Assembly: GCA_963514005.1 (NCBI GenBank)
Contig: OY740806.1
Span: 19,840,001 to 19,904,000, forward strand
DNA length: 64,000 bases
Direction of reading: 5' to 3'
Origin: Raja brachyura
Lineage: Eukaryota
Part shown: one piece after another, positions 25,016 through 39,402 of the stretch
How the letters are laid out: the number at the start of each line of letters is the position of its first letter
How positions within the stretch are numbered: the first letter of the stretch is position 1
Position numbers and translations under genes: made by a program
The notes under the pieces: generated by a model
Database searches by the model: none
The model's input: only the letters and a program-made list of their open reading frames with translations
Told to the model about the DNA's origin: nothing

Positions 25016-25593
25016 ACAAGCACTGCTTATCCAGTTGCACTATTTTCTTTTAAAATTTACAATATCTTGCACACTCCTACCAAAAGTGAATATAAACTGA
25101 GTTTAATAAATGCCTTCAGAGAAGACAAAAGATTGCCTGTCATTGTATTGTCCTTCTCTAAATCAAAGCAGGCTTACTTTCCAATCTTTGACAGGATGGT
25201 CCAGATTTTGGCTTTTCACGTTTCTCCCTGAAAATTGTATGGTTTTCTTGACTCTGGGTTTCATCTTTCTGCTCTGCATTCCTCATTGGATGAGTTTCCT
25301 AACTCAACACTAGGATTTAGTAAAAAACCTGTATTATCTGGCAATTACCTTATCTGTCCCACCATTTATGGCTTGTTGTATTGTTTATTTGGAGAGCAAA
25401 TTGACTAACATCTAAATCAGCAAATCAGACACTATTTACATGCAAAAGTAGAAAATTGCACTGAAGTGACAAAAAAAATGGGAGCTAATGTATCAGCTAT
25501 ACATATATTGAATAATGGCCAGATTATCTTGGTTGGTTTGGGGAAGATCTCATGCTATACTACCATTTTGCACTGAAAAAGTGAGACGCATTG

Positions 25594-26117
25594 GTCGCCT
25601 AATTATAGGAAGGATTTCAACAAAATAGAGAGAGTACAGAGGAGATTTACTAGAATGTTGCCTGGGTTCCAGCAACTAAGTTACAGAGAAAGGTTGAACA
25701 AGTTAGGTCTTTATTCTTTGGAGCGCAGAAGGTTAAGGGGGGACTTGATTGAGGTATTTAAAATGATGAAAGGGATAGACAGAGTTGACGTGGATAAGCT
25801 TTGAGGGTAGGGAAGATTCAAACAAGAGGGCATGACATGAGAATTAAGGGACAGAAGTTTAGGGCTAACATGAGGGGGACCTTCTTTACTCAGAGAGTGG
25901 TGGCTGTGTGGAATGATCTTCCAGCAGAAGTGGTGGAGGCAGGATCGATTTTAACATTTAAAAGTAAAGTGGATAGGCATATGGACGGGAAGGGAATGGA
26001 AGGGTATGGTGTGAGTGCAGGTAGATGGGACTAGGGGAAAATAAATGGTCGGCACGGACTGGAAGGACCGAGAAGGCCTGTTTCTGTGCTGTAATTGTTA
26101 TATGGTTATATGGTTAT
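25594..26117 (+). mobile_element. CR1 LINE 3' fragment
   Basis: FFTQRVVAVWNDLP motif; (GGTTATAT)n tail. Confidence 0.85.
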
Positions 26118-27671
26118 TTCTACACCTATAATGATGACACTCAGTGAAAAATCAATTATTAAAAAATAGCTGAGTATCAAAATCCTACATGCAGTCTAGG
26201 TCCCAAATTCTAAATCAAAGAAAATGATGTGGCAATTAAAAAATTGATAAAACAATTTACAAATATTTGTTATTCATTTGAATTTTAAAACATCTTAAAT
26301 TAGGATTAAAGTAATCCTCCTAATTCAGGTTTTGGCTTTTCCTCCCTCACTGAAGCAAATCAATTGAATTTTAATCACAGAAATATTGCATTGGTCCACT
26401 GATACATACTTTCTTCCATCTTAAAGAGATTAAATGGTGTAATAGGGCAGGATTTGAAAAGTTCCAGTGTTCTACGCTCTAAGTTGTTCTTGTCAACGAA
26501 CAGAGGAAATAAAAAGTGGATGGTACAATAGCAGCCTTCATACATGAAATCGCATTTCAGCTTGCTTGTGCAGTGAACTGTTACAAAAAGCCATAGTAAA
26601 AAGGAAATTTGCAAAGATTGGAAGGGACAGTGGCTTTACTCTTGCAGTTCTTATGCTTGGCCTGGTTTGGAGCTACATTTGTACAATGTGGTTAACTGCA
26701 GCATTTGTAAGTGAGAGCAGTGTGTGGTATGCAGCTGGATATGCCATTTGAATAGCTCTGGTGACCACAGTAAAAAATAGTACAATTGTCTATTTTTAAA
26801 TTTTAATCATTTTATCTCAACTACAGATAAAATACCATAACATTTTGGGTTTGGAGTGAGATATACAATCAGAGAAATCCTTTGCATAGTGTGCAAGTTA
26901 TATTTTAAACAAATTCATTTGGGTTAATATTTTTTACTTAAAAATTAAATGTTGCTTGGCCTTTTTTTCAAATCAAAATTTCAATTTGCTACCTATTGTC
27001 ACAAGTAAATATCATGCAACGAAAGCTTTGTGACAAAAAATAGTTGATAAGCTTGATAATTCTAATAAGAATTATTAAAATTATTCAAAGAAGGTCTAAA
27101 ATAAATTAGGATGGAGTCAAAGTAAACAGGATATAACATTTTCCAAATTTTGAGAAGAATCTTTTTGAGAGGTTCTTGTCGCAGCCCATCACAAGTTACC
27201 ACATATACGATTTACTGTATGAAGGCTACGGAACAGTGCTCTTCTTATTTTTATTCTTTGAAAATAAGATGAATTTACCACGTGCAATGTCACAATTTAT
27301 TAATTACTTTATTCACTGAAATGGTGAATTTATACCTGTAACCTTTGTAGCCAATAATTAATTATTATTTTATGAAATATTTCACAGAGGTCAATGTTGA
27401 ATTCAACAACCCAGTGGAGTAAATCAATAAAAATTATTGATTTTTTTCCGATGCTCAGATCCTCACTTCTCACCTAAAACTGACAGGAATCAGATCACTT
27501 TAGCAATACAGATTTTGGGATATTTCCATTGTTTTTCTTGTAGAAATGTGGATAGTAAATGTTTACAAACATTGTAGCTTCACTGTAACATCTTTCAAAG
27601 TTGGCCAAGACCAAGTTTTGTCGCAGCTTGTGAGAGTCTGTCCGTCTTCTCCTGCATTTCTGAAGACATAA

Positions 27672-27991
27672 ACCCCTGTCCCACTATACGAGTTCATTCC
27701 ACGAGTTCTCCCGAGTTTGCCCTGATTCGAACTCGGAGATTTACAGTAATGGCCACTCGTTGGTTCTCGGGGCTCTCGTGGACATTTTTCATCATGTTGA
27801 AAAATTCTTCACAAGTCTTTCCGTGCTAACCTGCTGTTAGCGAGTCTTCCCGAGTACCTGCCGTTAGCGCTAAGAGACGTCCCCGAGCTCCGACGTACCC
27901 ACTACGTTCATTCTCTGTGCTTACCATTTGAGTTTGATTTTTTTTAAACTTGTGAGAGCTCTTGGAATGAACTCGCACCATGGGACAGGAC
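27672..27991. mobile_element. PIF/Harbinger-like MITE
   Basis: Termini CCTGTCCCA / TGGGACAGG flanked by TAA; internal CGAG-rich repeats. Confidence 0.7.
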
Positions 27992-30900
27992 TAATACTCC
28001 CAGTATATTAAGCATTTAAAAAGCCTCTATGATATTCTCAGTGTATTTTGTAACATTTTTACAATGGTCGGGTTTTTCTTCCTGAATTGCTGCCACTGGT
28101 GTTCAGCATGGAAACATGATGATAATTATCTTTCAAGATATATTAAATTGTACAATTGATGACTGCATAATCTGATTTGCTACTGCAGATTGAATGAGGA
28201 AACAAAACCTTTTGCTGTTAGTTAGTTTGTAGCGCATGGTTTTGTGATTTCATCTCAGCAGGAAGTCTATATGTAATGTTTCCTCTGCTTATGGCAACAA
28301 GGCAGCATGCACAGAGTTACACTGAAGTATCGAGCGGCACTGGGGTCCGCAGAAGGACTTCTCACATCCAGTGTTATAAGGATGAAACCATTATCAAGCA
28401 GGCCAATTATGACTTTACAAATAATTAACAAGGAATTATACATGCTACTGCTGAAGATAATACTCAAATAAGGCTTGGTCTGCCCGTTCCACAAGTTCAG
28501 ACAGTATTAAAGATTTGGTAATCCTATTTTAAAGTGTTATAGATTCATGCAGCACGGAAACAGACCCTTCGGCCCAACTTGCCCATGCCAACCAAGATGC
28601 CCCATCTTCACGTCCCACCTGCCCATGTTTGGCTCTCTAAACCTTTCCTATCCATATACATATTTGCTGTGTGTTGTGTAAAGCATTGCACTGTCAATGA
28701 CAACATAAGTGTTATTGGATGAATGTCTTGGTTTGTCTTAAGCATTCCTGTGAGTTACTCCAGCACTTTGTGCCCTTTTGTGTAAACCAACGTCCGCAAT
28801 CCCTTGTTTTACACTGAAAATTCTGCTGGAGTGGACTTGGAAGGACCCAAGATACAGTAGAAAGGCAGATGTGGGAAGCAGAGGGCTGCTGAGTGACTGT
28901 CAATACAAACTGATAGTTAAAAAAGTTGCTTGGGTGGAATACTTGTTCTAGTTTGCATTAGGTACTGAAGATGGTAAAAACATTACTCACTCTCTGAGCA
29001 ATCACCTCTGCTGGTTGGGCTAATTGCTTACTGATATTGTGAAGTGCCTTTCGACATTTTGTACTACAATGAATAATCGAACGATTTCCTGGCAGTGCAC
29101 CAAAATAGTAATAATTCGTCAAACTGCCTTGTGGTGGACTAAAGAACATATCATTATGCATTATTATGTTCTGTGTGAAATTATACTTACTTTACTTAAT
29201 CTCTTTAAATGAAGAACAAACAATTATCGTAGCCATTTGCTGCATAATCTACACACATGTTTATGACACTCCCAAGTTTGGGTGCAATACTTTTGTCAGA
29301 GAATTGGGCACAGTATTATGGTTCTTAACATGTTAATTAAATGATAACTCCTGAATACTCTGAGCTCTATGTTATTCTAGTTACAACCAAAGCATTAAAG
29401 ACAGCTGGACAAGTCCCTAGGGAAAAGTACTTTCAAATTAACTCATTTTTGATTAAATCTTATCTGTTGCCTTCATAATTTTATATTACCTGCATGGGTG
29501 CAGTCAACCATCATATCCTTGTTTCACTTCCCTCTTAAACCAGCGAAGACTCAGCTATACTGAGTTGTAGGAGTCGTTTTGTGACAAGTCAGCTGTGCAA
29601 GTGTTTCTCCGTGTTTGCTGAACCCATGTGATGCTCTACATCTACATATTCAGTCAAACGGAGGACACATGGATTTGAGTCAGATAAGACAGTGACCCCA
29701 GCAATGAGTCAATGCAACTCATTATCTTGGCCCGGGCATCATGAACAGATACTTCATGATACATGAAAGCCATTATCAAGCACAATCATCTAGCAGGATA
29801 GCAGTGAAGACTATTTTTAGAAGCATTGTTATATTATTGTGGTCTAAAGCAGCCTTTAGTAGGAATTGTAACAAATTGGTGCTCTATTGACAAAATTAAT
29901 TCTGGCAATAAACATAACTTAAAAAAACGATGGAAAAGATGGACTGCAAAGCTAAAATATAATTACTATGGTAATTAAAGTACATTTGAACCTAACATTT
30001 TGATAATTTAATATATAGGCCTGGCTGAATATTTTTTAATTTTTTGGGCTCCGTTTTTGTTTTAGTGATTGTCCCAATATTCATCCTTGCTGCATGCGCA
30101 CCTGTGTTGGAGATTTATACTTTAAAACTGGCATTCGATGCACACTAAGATAAAGCCGTTGGTTTGGATCTGAATAACCTAGAACAGAGAACCTTCTACA
30201 GTGAAAAGCTCCAAGAAAGTTGGGAATAAGTGTTCATTCTAATGTTATAATCATGTTATAGGAGTAATCCAAAAACCTATTGGATACAGATTTTTAGATC
30301 TAGAGGCCATTGAGTTTAGTTTAGTTTATTGGTTATTGTCATGTGTACCGAGGTACAGTGAAAAGCTCATGTGGCCTGCTAACCAGTCAGCAGAAAGACA
30401 ATACGTGATTACAATCGAACCATCCACAGTGTTATCCAAATGTTATATACTTGGACTGATGATTGGACTGCAGAAGTACAAAGGGCAGTTTTGTGGAACA
30501 CTCCTAAATTGCCTCTGTGACGTACAAGATTGTTATTGATTCTTTATGCCCAACAAAGTCCATTTGCAGAATATACGGACAAATACTCTTGATCCTCAAG
30601 AAGACCAAGGTGCAAACTTTTTACTCAAGGGTTTCTCAAGGAATTCCTCTCTGAAATTCACTACGGATATCATTACAGCCCAGAGAGCAGTTAATCACAT
30701 GGCACAACCGTTGGTAGTCTAAAGTAACATATATTGTTCATTGTCAATAATATACACACTTCATCCTGAGATGTGAATCTGTGTAACTTTATCGGAATGG
30801 AATCTGGATTTCCCAATTTTTACGAGAAGTGAGGGAGCAAACTAGTACTGAATTAATTAAAACTGTAGAAGATGCAGGTTGACATTCCCTTTCGTGTTGA

Positions 30901-31093
30901 ACGTCCCTAGAGTAGGATGTAAGCCCACAGCCGTCTGACAGAGTATTATCAAACCAGGGTGATGCTTTCTACCGAGGGAGCAAAAAGCCAATGCTAATAA
31001 TACCTCAAGAGTGACTGATCTAATAATCACAACTGACAAGCTATGTGTTGAAATTAGCATTTGATTGGCAAATTTTTTTTTTCCTTTCCCCAG

Positions 31094-31121
31094 ATCCAGT
31101 CAATGTGACCATTGAGCTGAG
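31094..31121 (+). CDS. IgSF receptor exon 6 (cytoplasmic, DPVNVTIEL)
   Basis: Very strong polypyrimidine acceptor (T-run, ttcctttccccag), donor GAG|gtaaga; 28 nt, phase 1/2. Confidence 0.72.
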
Positions 31122-32485
31122 GTAAGAACTTTGATTTAATTTTAACATTTTGTGAAAACATTTGATTAATATATTTATAAAATTGTACAATTTGTTTAAT
31201 GATTTCACATTCCACCAAGTACTAATTTACATCATTCCCAGAACATCAAATTCTACTGATGTGCAGCTGCACCCGCTGAGTTTCTCCAGCATTTTGTGTA
31301 CCCTGCAGTAAATGAGAAGTTGATGTTAACAGTGTCAGAAAATTACTGCAAACCTTCATGATTTAACATATCTCAGAAGTAAAAGCTGACGTGTAACAAC
31401 AGAAATCAGTGTAGGGGTCTGTGAAAAGCTTCGTTGTCCATGTTTATTCCACACGTCCAATTCTTATAAGTTTGTTATCCAAGAAAATATGAGAAAATGT
31501 AATTGAAACCCCCCAAAGGGAACAATGTCCCTGGCCTATCCAAAATGTGTGACAATGAGATGGGTGTTTCCCAGTGGATGATAGAATTAATGTTTCAATT
31601 GGAATTAGAGGAAGAACTAAAGACACTGTAAAGGCATTAATTGCACTGACAAAATGCTGGTAGCTCAGAATATTTCACTTTCACCTTCACCAGTCTCCAT
31701 ATGCAACTCTGCATACATTGCTGAGGTGTCCAGCAGTTTTCTTCCAAACACCTAACTACACTTTAATCCCTGAGAATATTTCCCATCTGAGAGTCCAAGC
31801 ATTAGGTGTCTTTCAGGCGAAGTGTAATTTTCCATTCTCACAACCCCTGTTACACCAGAGGCCAAAATACCTAAGATGAACGATGATTAGAAGCGTCACA
31901 ACTGCTAACACTGTTAGCTGCACTAACTGGTGATGACTCTAAACTGTGCCTGCTCAAGGTTTTTGTTGGACGATCAGTAATTCCCTTCGAACATTCAGTC
32001 AGCTCACCAGCAACTTGTAGTTTTTTATTCATTATTAAACAACACTAATTTGTTCAAATGATGGGATTCAAGAGAGGAAAATCCTTATGTCCCATTCCCA
32101 TGAATAAATGTTATTCTTCAATGGTTTTACGTTAAACACCATTTACTCATTTAAAAATGGGTGACATAACCATGGTAAGTGCTCTGGATGTATTTGAATA
32201 CTTATGTAAAAAGATGATGAATTACTCTGTATGGAAAGGAAGTCTGGACAAAGGTGACAGGTTGTGCATTATGGCATTGGCTGGTAACATAGTTCAAGTC
32301 ATAAACCAATGCATGGTTGTGGTAATTGTGCAAGTTATTAAAATGCATAAGACTGTCACTTTTTTACCATTCTCGTATACAATGTCATTAGATAATAGAA
32401 GAATGAAATAAGGTTAATAGTATTCTCTTTTAAAATTCTTCCTACCTTGTATTGATTTTGTCTTTTTTATTTCTATCTGTTCAAG

Positions 32486-32529
32486 TCCTGAAAACATGCA
32501 CAGGGATGCAAACTGCAACAAGGAGTTAG
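32486..32529 (+). CDS. IgSF receptor exon 7 (cytoplasmic, SPENMHRDANCNKEL)
   Basis: Long pyrimidine tract with aag acceptor, donor TAG|gtatgt; 44 nt, phase 2/1, restores the frame together with exon 6. Confidence 0.68.
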
Positions 32530-35500
32530 GTATGTATATTATATGCAACTGTGTTTAGTTTAGTTTAGTTCAGAGATACAGCATGGAAACAGGCCCTTAG
32601 GCCCACTGAGCCTGCGCAGACCAACAATCACCTGTACATAAGTTCTACCCTGTACATGGAGGACAATTTACAGAAGCCAATTAACCTACAAACCTGCACG
32701 TCTTTGGAATGTGTGAGGAAACCGGAGCACCTGGAGATAACCCAAGTGGTCACAGGGTAAATGTCCATACAGACAGCACCCGTGGTCGGGATCGAACCCG
32801 TGTGCCTGGTGTTGTATCAGACAGAGTACACTAACTATTCAATGTCAATTGCGAAAAGTTCAACTGTACATGTGAGAACAAAAGAGCATTGAACTAAAAT
32901 TTAATCAGCTGGTTAACTCTTCTTCAGCAGTTCTAAAGGATGCAACTTTATTTGGACCAGTATCTGAGCGTCCAAGCATTGGGCGTCTTTCAGGCTTTGT
33001 GTCTTTTTCCATTATCTCAACCCCCATGCCCAGCCTTCCTGCTGATGTCCTCAAAACCATCCCACCTCAATCCTGAGCCCAGACCCTCGGCTCTAGCTCC
33101 ACCACCCATCTAAAATAACAGCCTGGCAGATAATATGAAACAGGACATAAATTAAAGCAAAATTTGGCATTAGTAGATAACATAATACAAGCATTAAGCT
33201 GATGGAAGATTGTAGTTATTATGTAAGTTACAAGGCAAAAAAAAACAGTAGGGAATGGAGGGATATGGATTACATGCAGGTAGATAAGAGATGGTCTGCC
33301 ATCATGTTCGGCATAGACATCGTAGGCCACAAGGCCTCTTCTTGTGCTGTTATGTGTTCTATGTGGTAAGTGTAGCATGCTTGAGACAATGTGGGTGACT
33401 TTTGACATTTGGCTGTCCTACATTTCAATACATTTCAATAATTTTACTCAAAATATTTCTTGACGTAAATGGAATATATTTCTCTGATCCGTCAACAGCA
33501 TTGTATCAGGCAGTTTACAGATTGGTAAAAGGCAAATAAGGTGGACCTTGGTCTTATAGCTCCTGGCAATGCTTATCTTCCTGAGAAGCTGGAGTATAAC
33601 AGCTAGTAAGGGCTAACCCTGAGGATCCTTCAGGAAAATGGGATTCTTTTCAATTGGTCAGGAGTCATATGTACCCACTACAGGACAATGGAATTCTTAC
33701 TTGCTGCAGTCTTACTTAAGCAATAATGCATGGGTCCATATATCATAATCCAGGAGACTCCAATACAAGATGCTACACAATCTTCAGAGCTTTCCTTACA
33801 GCAAAGAATACAGCAGAAACTGCGGTATGATTCAGGTTGATGATTGACCAGGCACATTAACTCTGCCTTCCTCCCCACAGCGACTACCTGGTCCGCTGAG
33901 TATTTCCACCGTTTTTGTCAAATTAATTCATTGCCACCGATGGCGGTGGAGACCAAGTCTTTTGGTATTTTAAAACTGGAGATTGACAGGTTCTTGATTA
34001 GTTATGGATGTCAAAGGCTATGGGGGAAAAGGCAGGAGAATGAGGTTGAAGGAAAGACAGATCAGCCATGATTGAATGGCAGAGTAGACTTGATGGGTTG
34101 AAGGACCTAATTCTGCTCCTATGACTTATGAACCAAAGAACCATTTTCAGTTTCATACAAAGTAGCTCACACTATCGACAGCGATTAAAACTAAGCTAAA
34201 TTATAGAAATGTTATAGAATTATGAATTTCTAAATTATGGAAATAGGAATGTTTATGGTGACTGGAGCCAGTGGTTAAAGTCACCATTCACTATCATTGT
34301 AGGTTGTTGAAATAGATTGGCGAACATGTGCAAAGGCAGGCAACAAATTGATCAAAATGATACTTAATACCTTGTTAGATGCGGTGGTGAGATCACACTG
34401 GGACCTCCATCCATTGAAGGTGAGGAACAGACACAAAATGCTGGACAGGCAGCATCTCTGGAGAGAAGGAATGGGTGACATTTCAGGTCGAGACCCTTAT
34501 TCAGTCTTAAGAAGGGTCTTCACCCGAAACATCACCCATTCCTTCTCTCCAGAGATGCTGCCTGTCACGCTGAGTTACTCCAGCATTTTGAGTGTATCTT
34601 CAATTTAAACCAGCATCTGCAGTTCTTTGCTGCACAAAGGTGAGGAGGCCTTCCAGTCACACAGTGAAATGGCAATGGGGGTGGGGGAAGTGGACGAGGA
34701 GATGGTATGAATGTGAATGGAAGGAATTTAGCTGCAATGCAATTGTTTGTAGAAAGAATCATTGTACTCACATGTTTGGACAAGGCCAGAATGACCAGTT
34801 CACTTAGCATCGCCAGGCCCCAATCCAGCTCCATAGAACATCAGCCTCATCTAACAGGTGAAGGTGCCTAACCTTCAAATGACCCCCATGCATTACCATT
34901 ACACCAGTCTCACACTCAGATATCACAGCTTGTGCACATTGCTAGCATTTCAACCATGGGACCACATATATTGGGCATCGTTCAATAATTTACTTTGCTC
35001 GTGTTTAAAGGTCAAGAGATGCAAAACTATTACGAGCATCACCACTTAGCAAGCCACCAAGGCAGTTGCTGCTTATGGTGTTAGGCTTGCCGTAAGTCTC
35101 CACTATAGTCAGTAATCTTCCACGGCACAGTGATGCAGCTGGTAGAGCTGCTGCCACACAGCACCAGACACCTGGGTTTAATTCTGACATTGGTTGCTGA
35201 ATGTGTAGAGTTTTCATGTTCTCCCTAGAAGCATGTAGGTTTCTTCCAGGTGATCCGGTTTCCTCCCACATCCCAGAGATGTAGGTTAGGTGGCTTCTGT
35301 AAATTGCCCCAAATGTTTAAAGAGCGAGTAAGAGAGTGGCATTAACCTAGAACTTGTGTGAATGAGAGAGCAATAATCAGCCTGGCCTTCAGGGGGCCAA
35401 AGGGCCTGTTTGCATGCTGCAATCAGAAAACTAAAACAAAATTAAAAACCATCCACACTGTGGACACTGGGGAGAACTGCAGAGGAGTACTTGAACAGGT

Positions 35501-35749
35501 ATGGGGAAGATAGGTATTAAGCAGATACACGTACATTGATTTTTGTTTTTTTGCGCAGTAGGTGGATGAATAAATGTGGTCTACTATGTGGTATGAAATA
35601 TAGTCACAGCATCATATAGCATGGTAACAACCCTTTTGCCCTACTTGCCCATGACAACTGAAGTGCCCCGGCTACACTAGTCCCACCTGCCTGCATTTGC
35701 CCCATATATGTCGACCTTCCCTATCCATGTACAAGTTCAAATACCTATT

Positions 35750-36706
35750 AATGATTTAGATGAGGAATTAAAAGTAACATTAGCAAATTTGCAGATGACA
35801 CATAGCTGGGTGGCAGTGTGACTGTGAGGAGGATGCTATGAGGATGCAGGTTGACTTGGATAGGTTAGGTAAGTGGGCAGATTCAGTATAATGTGGATAC
35901 ATGTGAGGTTGTCCACTTTGGTGGCAAGAACAAGAAGGCAGGTTATTATCTGAATGGTGTCAGATTAGGAAAATGGGAAGTGCAATGAGACCTGGGTGTT
36001 CTTGTACATCAGCCAATGAAAGTAAGCATGCAGGTGCAGCAGGCAGTAAAGAATGCAAATGGCATGTTGGCCTTCGTAATGAGATTTGAGTACAGGAACA
36101 AATAGGTGTTTTTGCAGTTGTATAGGGCCCTGGTGAGACCACACCTGGAGTATTGTGTGCAGTTTTGGTCCCCTAATTTGAGGAAGGACATTCTTGCTAT
36201 TGAGGGAGTGCAGCGCAGGTTTACAAGGTTAATTCCCGGGATGGCAGGACTGTCATATGATGAAAGAATGGAACAACTGGGCTTATATTCACTGGAAATT
36301 AGAAGGATGAGAGGGGATCTCATAGAAACATATAAAATTATTAAGAGATTGGACATGTTAGACGCAGGAAACATGTTCCCGATGTTGGGGAAGTCCAGAA
36401 CCAGGGGCTACAGTTTAAGAATAAGGGGTGGGCCATTTAGAACTGAGACGAGGAAAAACATTTTCAACCAGAGAGTTGTGAATTTGTGGAATTCTCTGCC
36501 ACAGAAGGCAGTGGAGGCTGACTCACTGGATTAATTCAAAAGAGAGTTAGATAGAGCTCATAGGGCTAGCAGAATCAAGGGATATGGGGCGAAGGCAGGA
36601 ATGGGGTACTGAACGTGGATGATCAGCCACGATCACATTGAATGGCAGTGCTGGCTCGAAGGGCCAAATGGCCTACTCCTGCACCTATTTTCTATGTAAC
36701 TATGCA
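35750..36706 (+). mobile_element. CR1 LINE 3' fragment, about 950 bp including the end of RT
   Basis: KFADDT, LYRALVRPHLEYCVQFWSP and RVVNLWNSLP motifs. Confidence 0.9.
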
Positions 36707-38526
36707 TGTCTCTTAAATGTTGTTCTTGTATTTCCTCAACTACCTTCTGTGGCAGCTTGTTCCATTTATTCGCCAGCCTCCATGCCTCAAAGATTCCTAT
36801 TAAATCTATCCCTCACGCCTTAAATCTATGTCCTCTGGTTCTTGATTCCCCTACTTTTTGGATAAAAAGAAACTCTGTGCATCTACCCTGTCTATTCCAT
36901 ATTGATTTATCTTGAATTTGCATCTCTGAGCAAAGTGAGTGCGGTGAAAGTCCTCTCTGGGAAGCTCAAATAATCACAAGGATAAAAGCTGCTGCTGCTC
37001 TGGTGCTTCCTGCAAAGGCGGAGTGCGATGATTGACACAGTGAAACCTGCGACCAGATTAAATCATTCAAATTCCCCCAAAAGTTTGATCATCCCTTCTT
37101 TGCTACATATTTTCAAGAGGGTTCCTATTTGCACATTCAGCATCATCAGCAATAGAATATTCACATCTGCAAAACATGTACAAGTCTACCTTGCACGTTT
37201 TGAGGCTACAAAGCCGCTCGGCCTTGTATTTTTCACAGAACAGTATATTAAATTAGTTGCCAGAATCTCTTTACTGAGAACACTACAGCATGCTTTATAG
37301 TGAAGTAGTTACTTTCATTCTAAGCATGCATTACAAGCCACCAAATATGCAACCACCTGCTTTTTCAAATGCCAGACATATATCAATGTAAACAGCACCT
37401 TTATTCAGAGAATCAGTAAGATAAGCCTTTAGACACGATAACAAACGTCAAGACACAACGGTTATTACTACATCCCCAGTAGTGGTGTCAGAGCTACATT
37501 CAATTCTGAATATCATTTGTGGTTAAAAAAGCACAATGTAGCGATACTGCAATTTTAGGTCAAGGGAAGGATATGACAATAAAGCTCTGTGTTTGATGCG
37601 GATAATTCTCAGCAGGGGCTGTCAGAGTGTGGATCAACTAACTACAGCTATGGTCAAGAGGGAAAAAATTAAATACTCAGAACTTATGATCCTAAATACT
37701 AATTATTTATAGAATGATATAGCACAGAAACAGGCCTTTCACTTGCAGAGGCCAATCAGACCATTGTACCTGTCTATACTTAGCCCCATTTGCTAGCACT
37801 CAATCCGTATTTTTTTCGGAATAAAAACAAAAGTTGTTAACGAAAGTAGTGTGGAATCAGGAACAAAGACACAAAACATGTCAAAAATTGTACATATGGA
37901 TGTATTACCACAACAGAACTTTGAGCCAAATCACGCTCTGCTTTTTTTTGTAGTTCAGTAGAAAACTTCCAAAGACAACCTCCTTATAGTTCAGCTGATC
38001 TCGGAGGCAAATCAGAGGTCAGATACCAAAACATTTAAACCTCCTTTCCTCAATGGACTAATCAACTGGTGGTGAAATGCTTGATTGTTATTACTAAAAT
38101 ATCCACATTCATATTAATGAGGTCACCATCACTGAATATAAATGAAATTGTTAGTATGTGGTTAACTTATTTTTCTTCATTTACCATGTCTAAAACTTCA
38201 AGGTGCTTTTAATTAATTTTATATTCTACTTTAAATAATTGTTATATTTTTTTAAATGTTTTAAACCTTTTCAAGCTGCTTTTCATGTTCTCAGAGGCAT
38301 TGAGAATCAGCTTGAAATGTCCTCTAAATTGTATCTAGAGGTTAGTGTAGACAGGTGAGGACCTTTGGCAGTAAGTTCAGGCACTGGGTCAAAACTCGAA
38401 TAGCATCGGCCAATATCCAAGCATGGCTGAGACTGATCAACTTGTACTCTGTGGACTTGTGCCAGGGAATATTAATGGTAGGCATATTGTTTCAGTTGGT
38501 AGCACTCAAAACAGATTATAGAAGTA

Positions 38527-38731
38527 CAGGCACCTCGCGTTTTATGCATGTTTGATTTATGTGTTTTTGAAATAACGCACGTGTTTAATTAATACCAATA
38601 TCAAATTTATGCGCTGTATTTTTTAAATATTGCGTTAAAAGTTACACATGTTTAAATGTATTCATTTAATTTATGCATCTTTGAATTACATGCTCCAGGA
38701 GCGTAACCCCTGCGTAAAGTTTAAAATACTG
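38527..38731. mobile_element. Possible Tc1/mariner (Tigger-like) MITE remnant
   Basis: TA followed by CAGGCACCTCG at the left end; internal ttatgcg/taacgc repeats; right TIR degenerate. Confidence 0.4.
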
Positions 38732-38862
38732 AAACAGCCTTACCGATCTTCGCTACTATTTATTCCTCACACTTAGCTCCTCCCATCCTTATCTAAACTA
38801 TCCAGATGCTAGATGAGTTTATTATTACTTCTGATATTCATGCATTCTGATTTGTTTGGCAG

Positions 38863-38922
38863 ATACAATATATGCAGTGGTCAGGAAGAATGGTCCACCA
38901 ATCAGCAGACCGTTTTCAACAG
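38863..38922 (+). CDS. IgSF receptor exon 8 (ITSM: DTIYAVVRKNGPPISRPFST)
   Basis: Acceptor tttgtttggcag, donor CAG|gtaaga; TxYxxV motif; 60 nt, phase 1/1. Confidence 0.88.
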
Positions 38923-39000
38923 GTAAGATAAAATTCAGGGACCTAAACTTCTTCCATATATTCCGATAAATGCTTCACATGGTCATTCTTTTCCCCACAG

Positions 39001-39098
39001 AGGTTGCTTTTGTTAATGAAGGGAACAGTGAAGAAGAAGTCTCCTATGCGGACATTGTTATCCACAGTCCAAAACAACGCTACAACCAAAAATCTAAG
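39001..39098 (+). CDS. IgSF receptor exon 9 (ITIM: ...EEEVSYADIVIH...)
   Basis: 78-nt intron, acceptor ttttccccacag, donor AAG|gtattg; VxYxxI preceded by acidic residues; phase 1/0. Confidence 0.9.
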
Positions 39099-39125
39099 GT
39101 ATTGATAATTGCCTCAGAGTATCTA

Positions 39126-39402
39126 GGTCATTTAAGACTGAGATGAGAAAAAAACTTTTTACCCAGAGAGTTGTGAATTCATGGAATTCCCTGCCACGTA
39201 GGGCAGTGGAGGCCAAATCACTGGATGGATTTAAGAGAGAGTTGGATAGAGCTCTAGGGCTAGTGGAGTCAAGGGATATGGGGAGAAGGCAGGCACGGGT
39301 TATTGATAGAGGACGATCAGCCATGATCACAATGAATGGCGGTGTTGGCTCGAGGGGCTGAATGGCCTCCTCCTGCACCTATTTTCTATGTTTCTATGTT
39401 TC
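39126..39402 (+). mobile_element. CR1 LINE 3' fragment just downstream of exon 9
   Basis: FTQRVVNSWNSLP motif; close match to 10857-11130. Confidence 0.88.

Noticed and set aside
27388-27418. Possible alternative cytoplasmic exon (EVNVEFNNPV), phase 1/2 like exon 6
   Set aside because: Weak donor (GGA|gtaaat) and AT-rich acceptor; inclusion together with exon 6 gives a stop. Possible only as a mutually exclusive exon and unsupported without RNA data.
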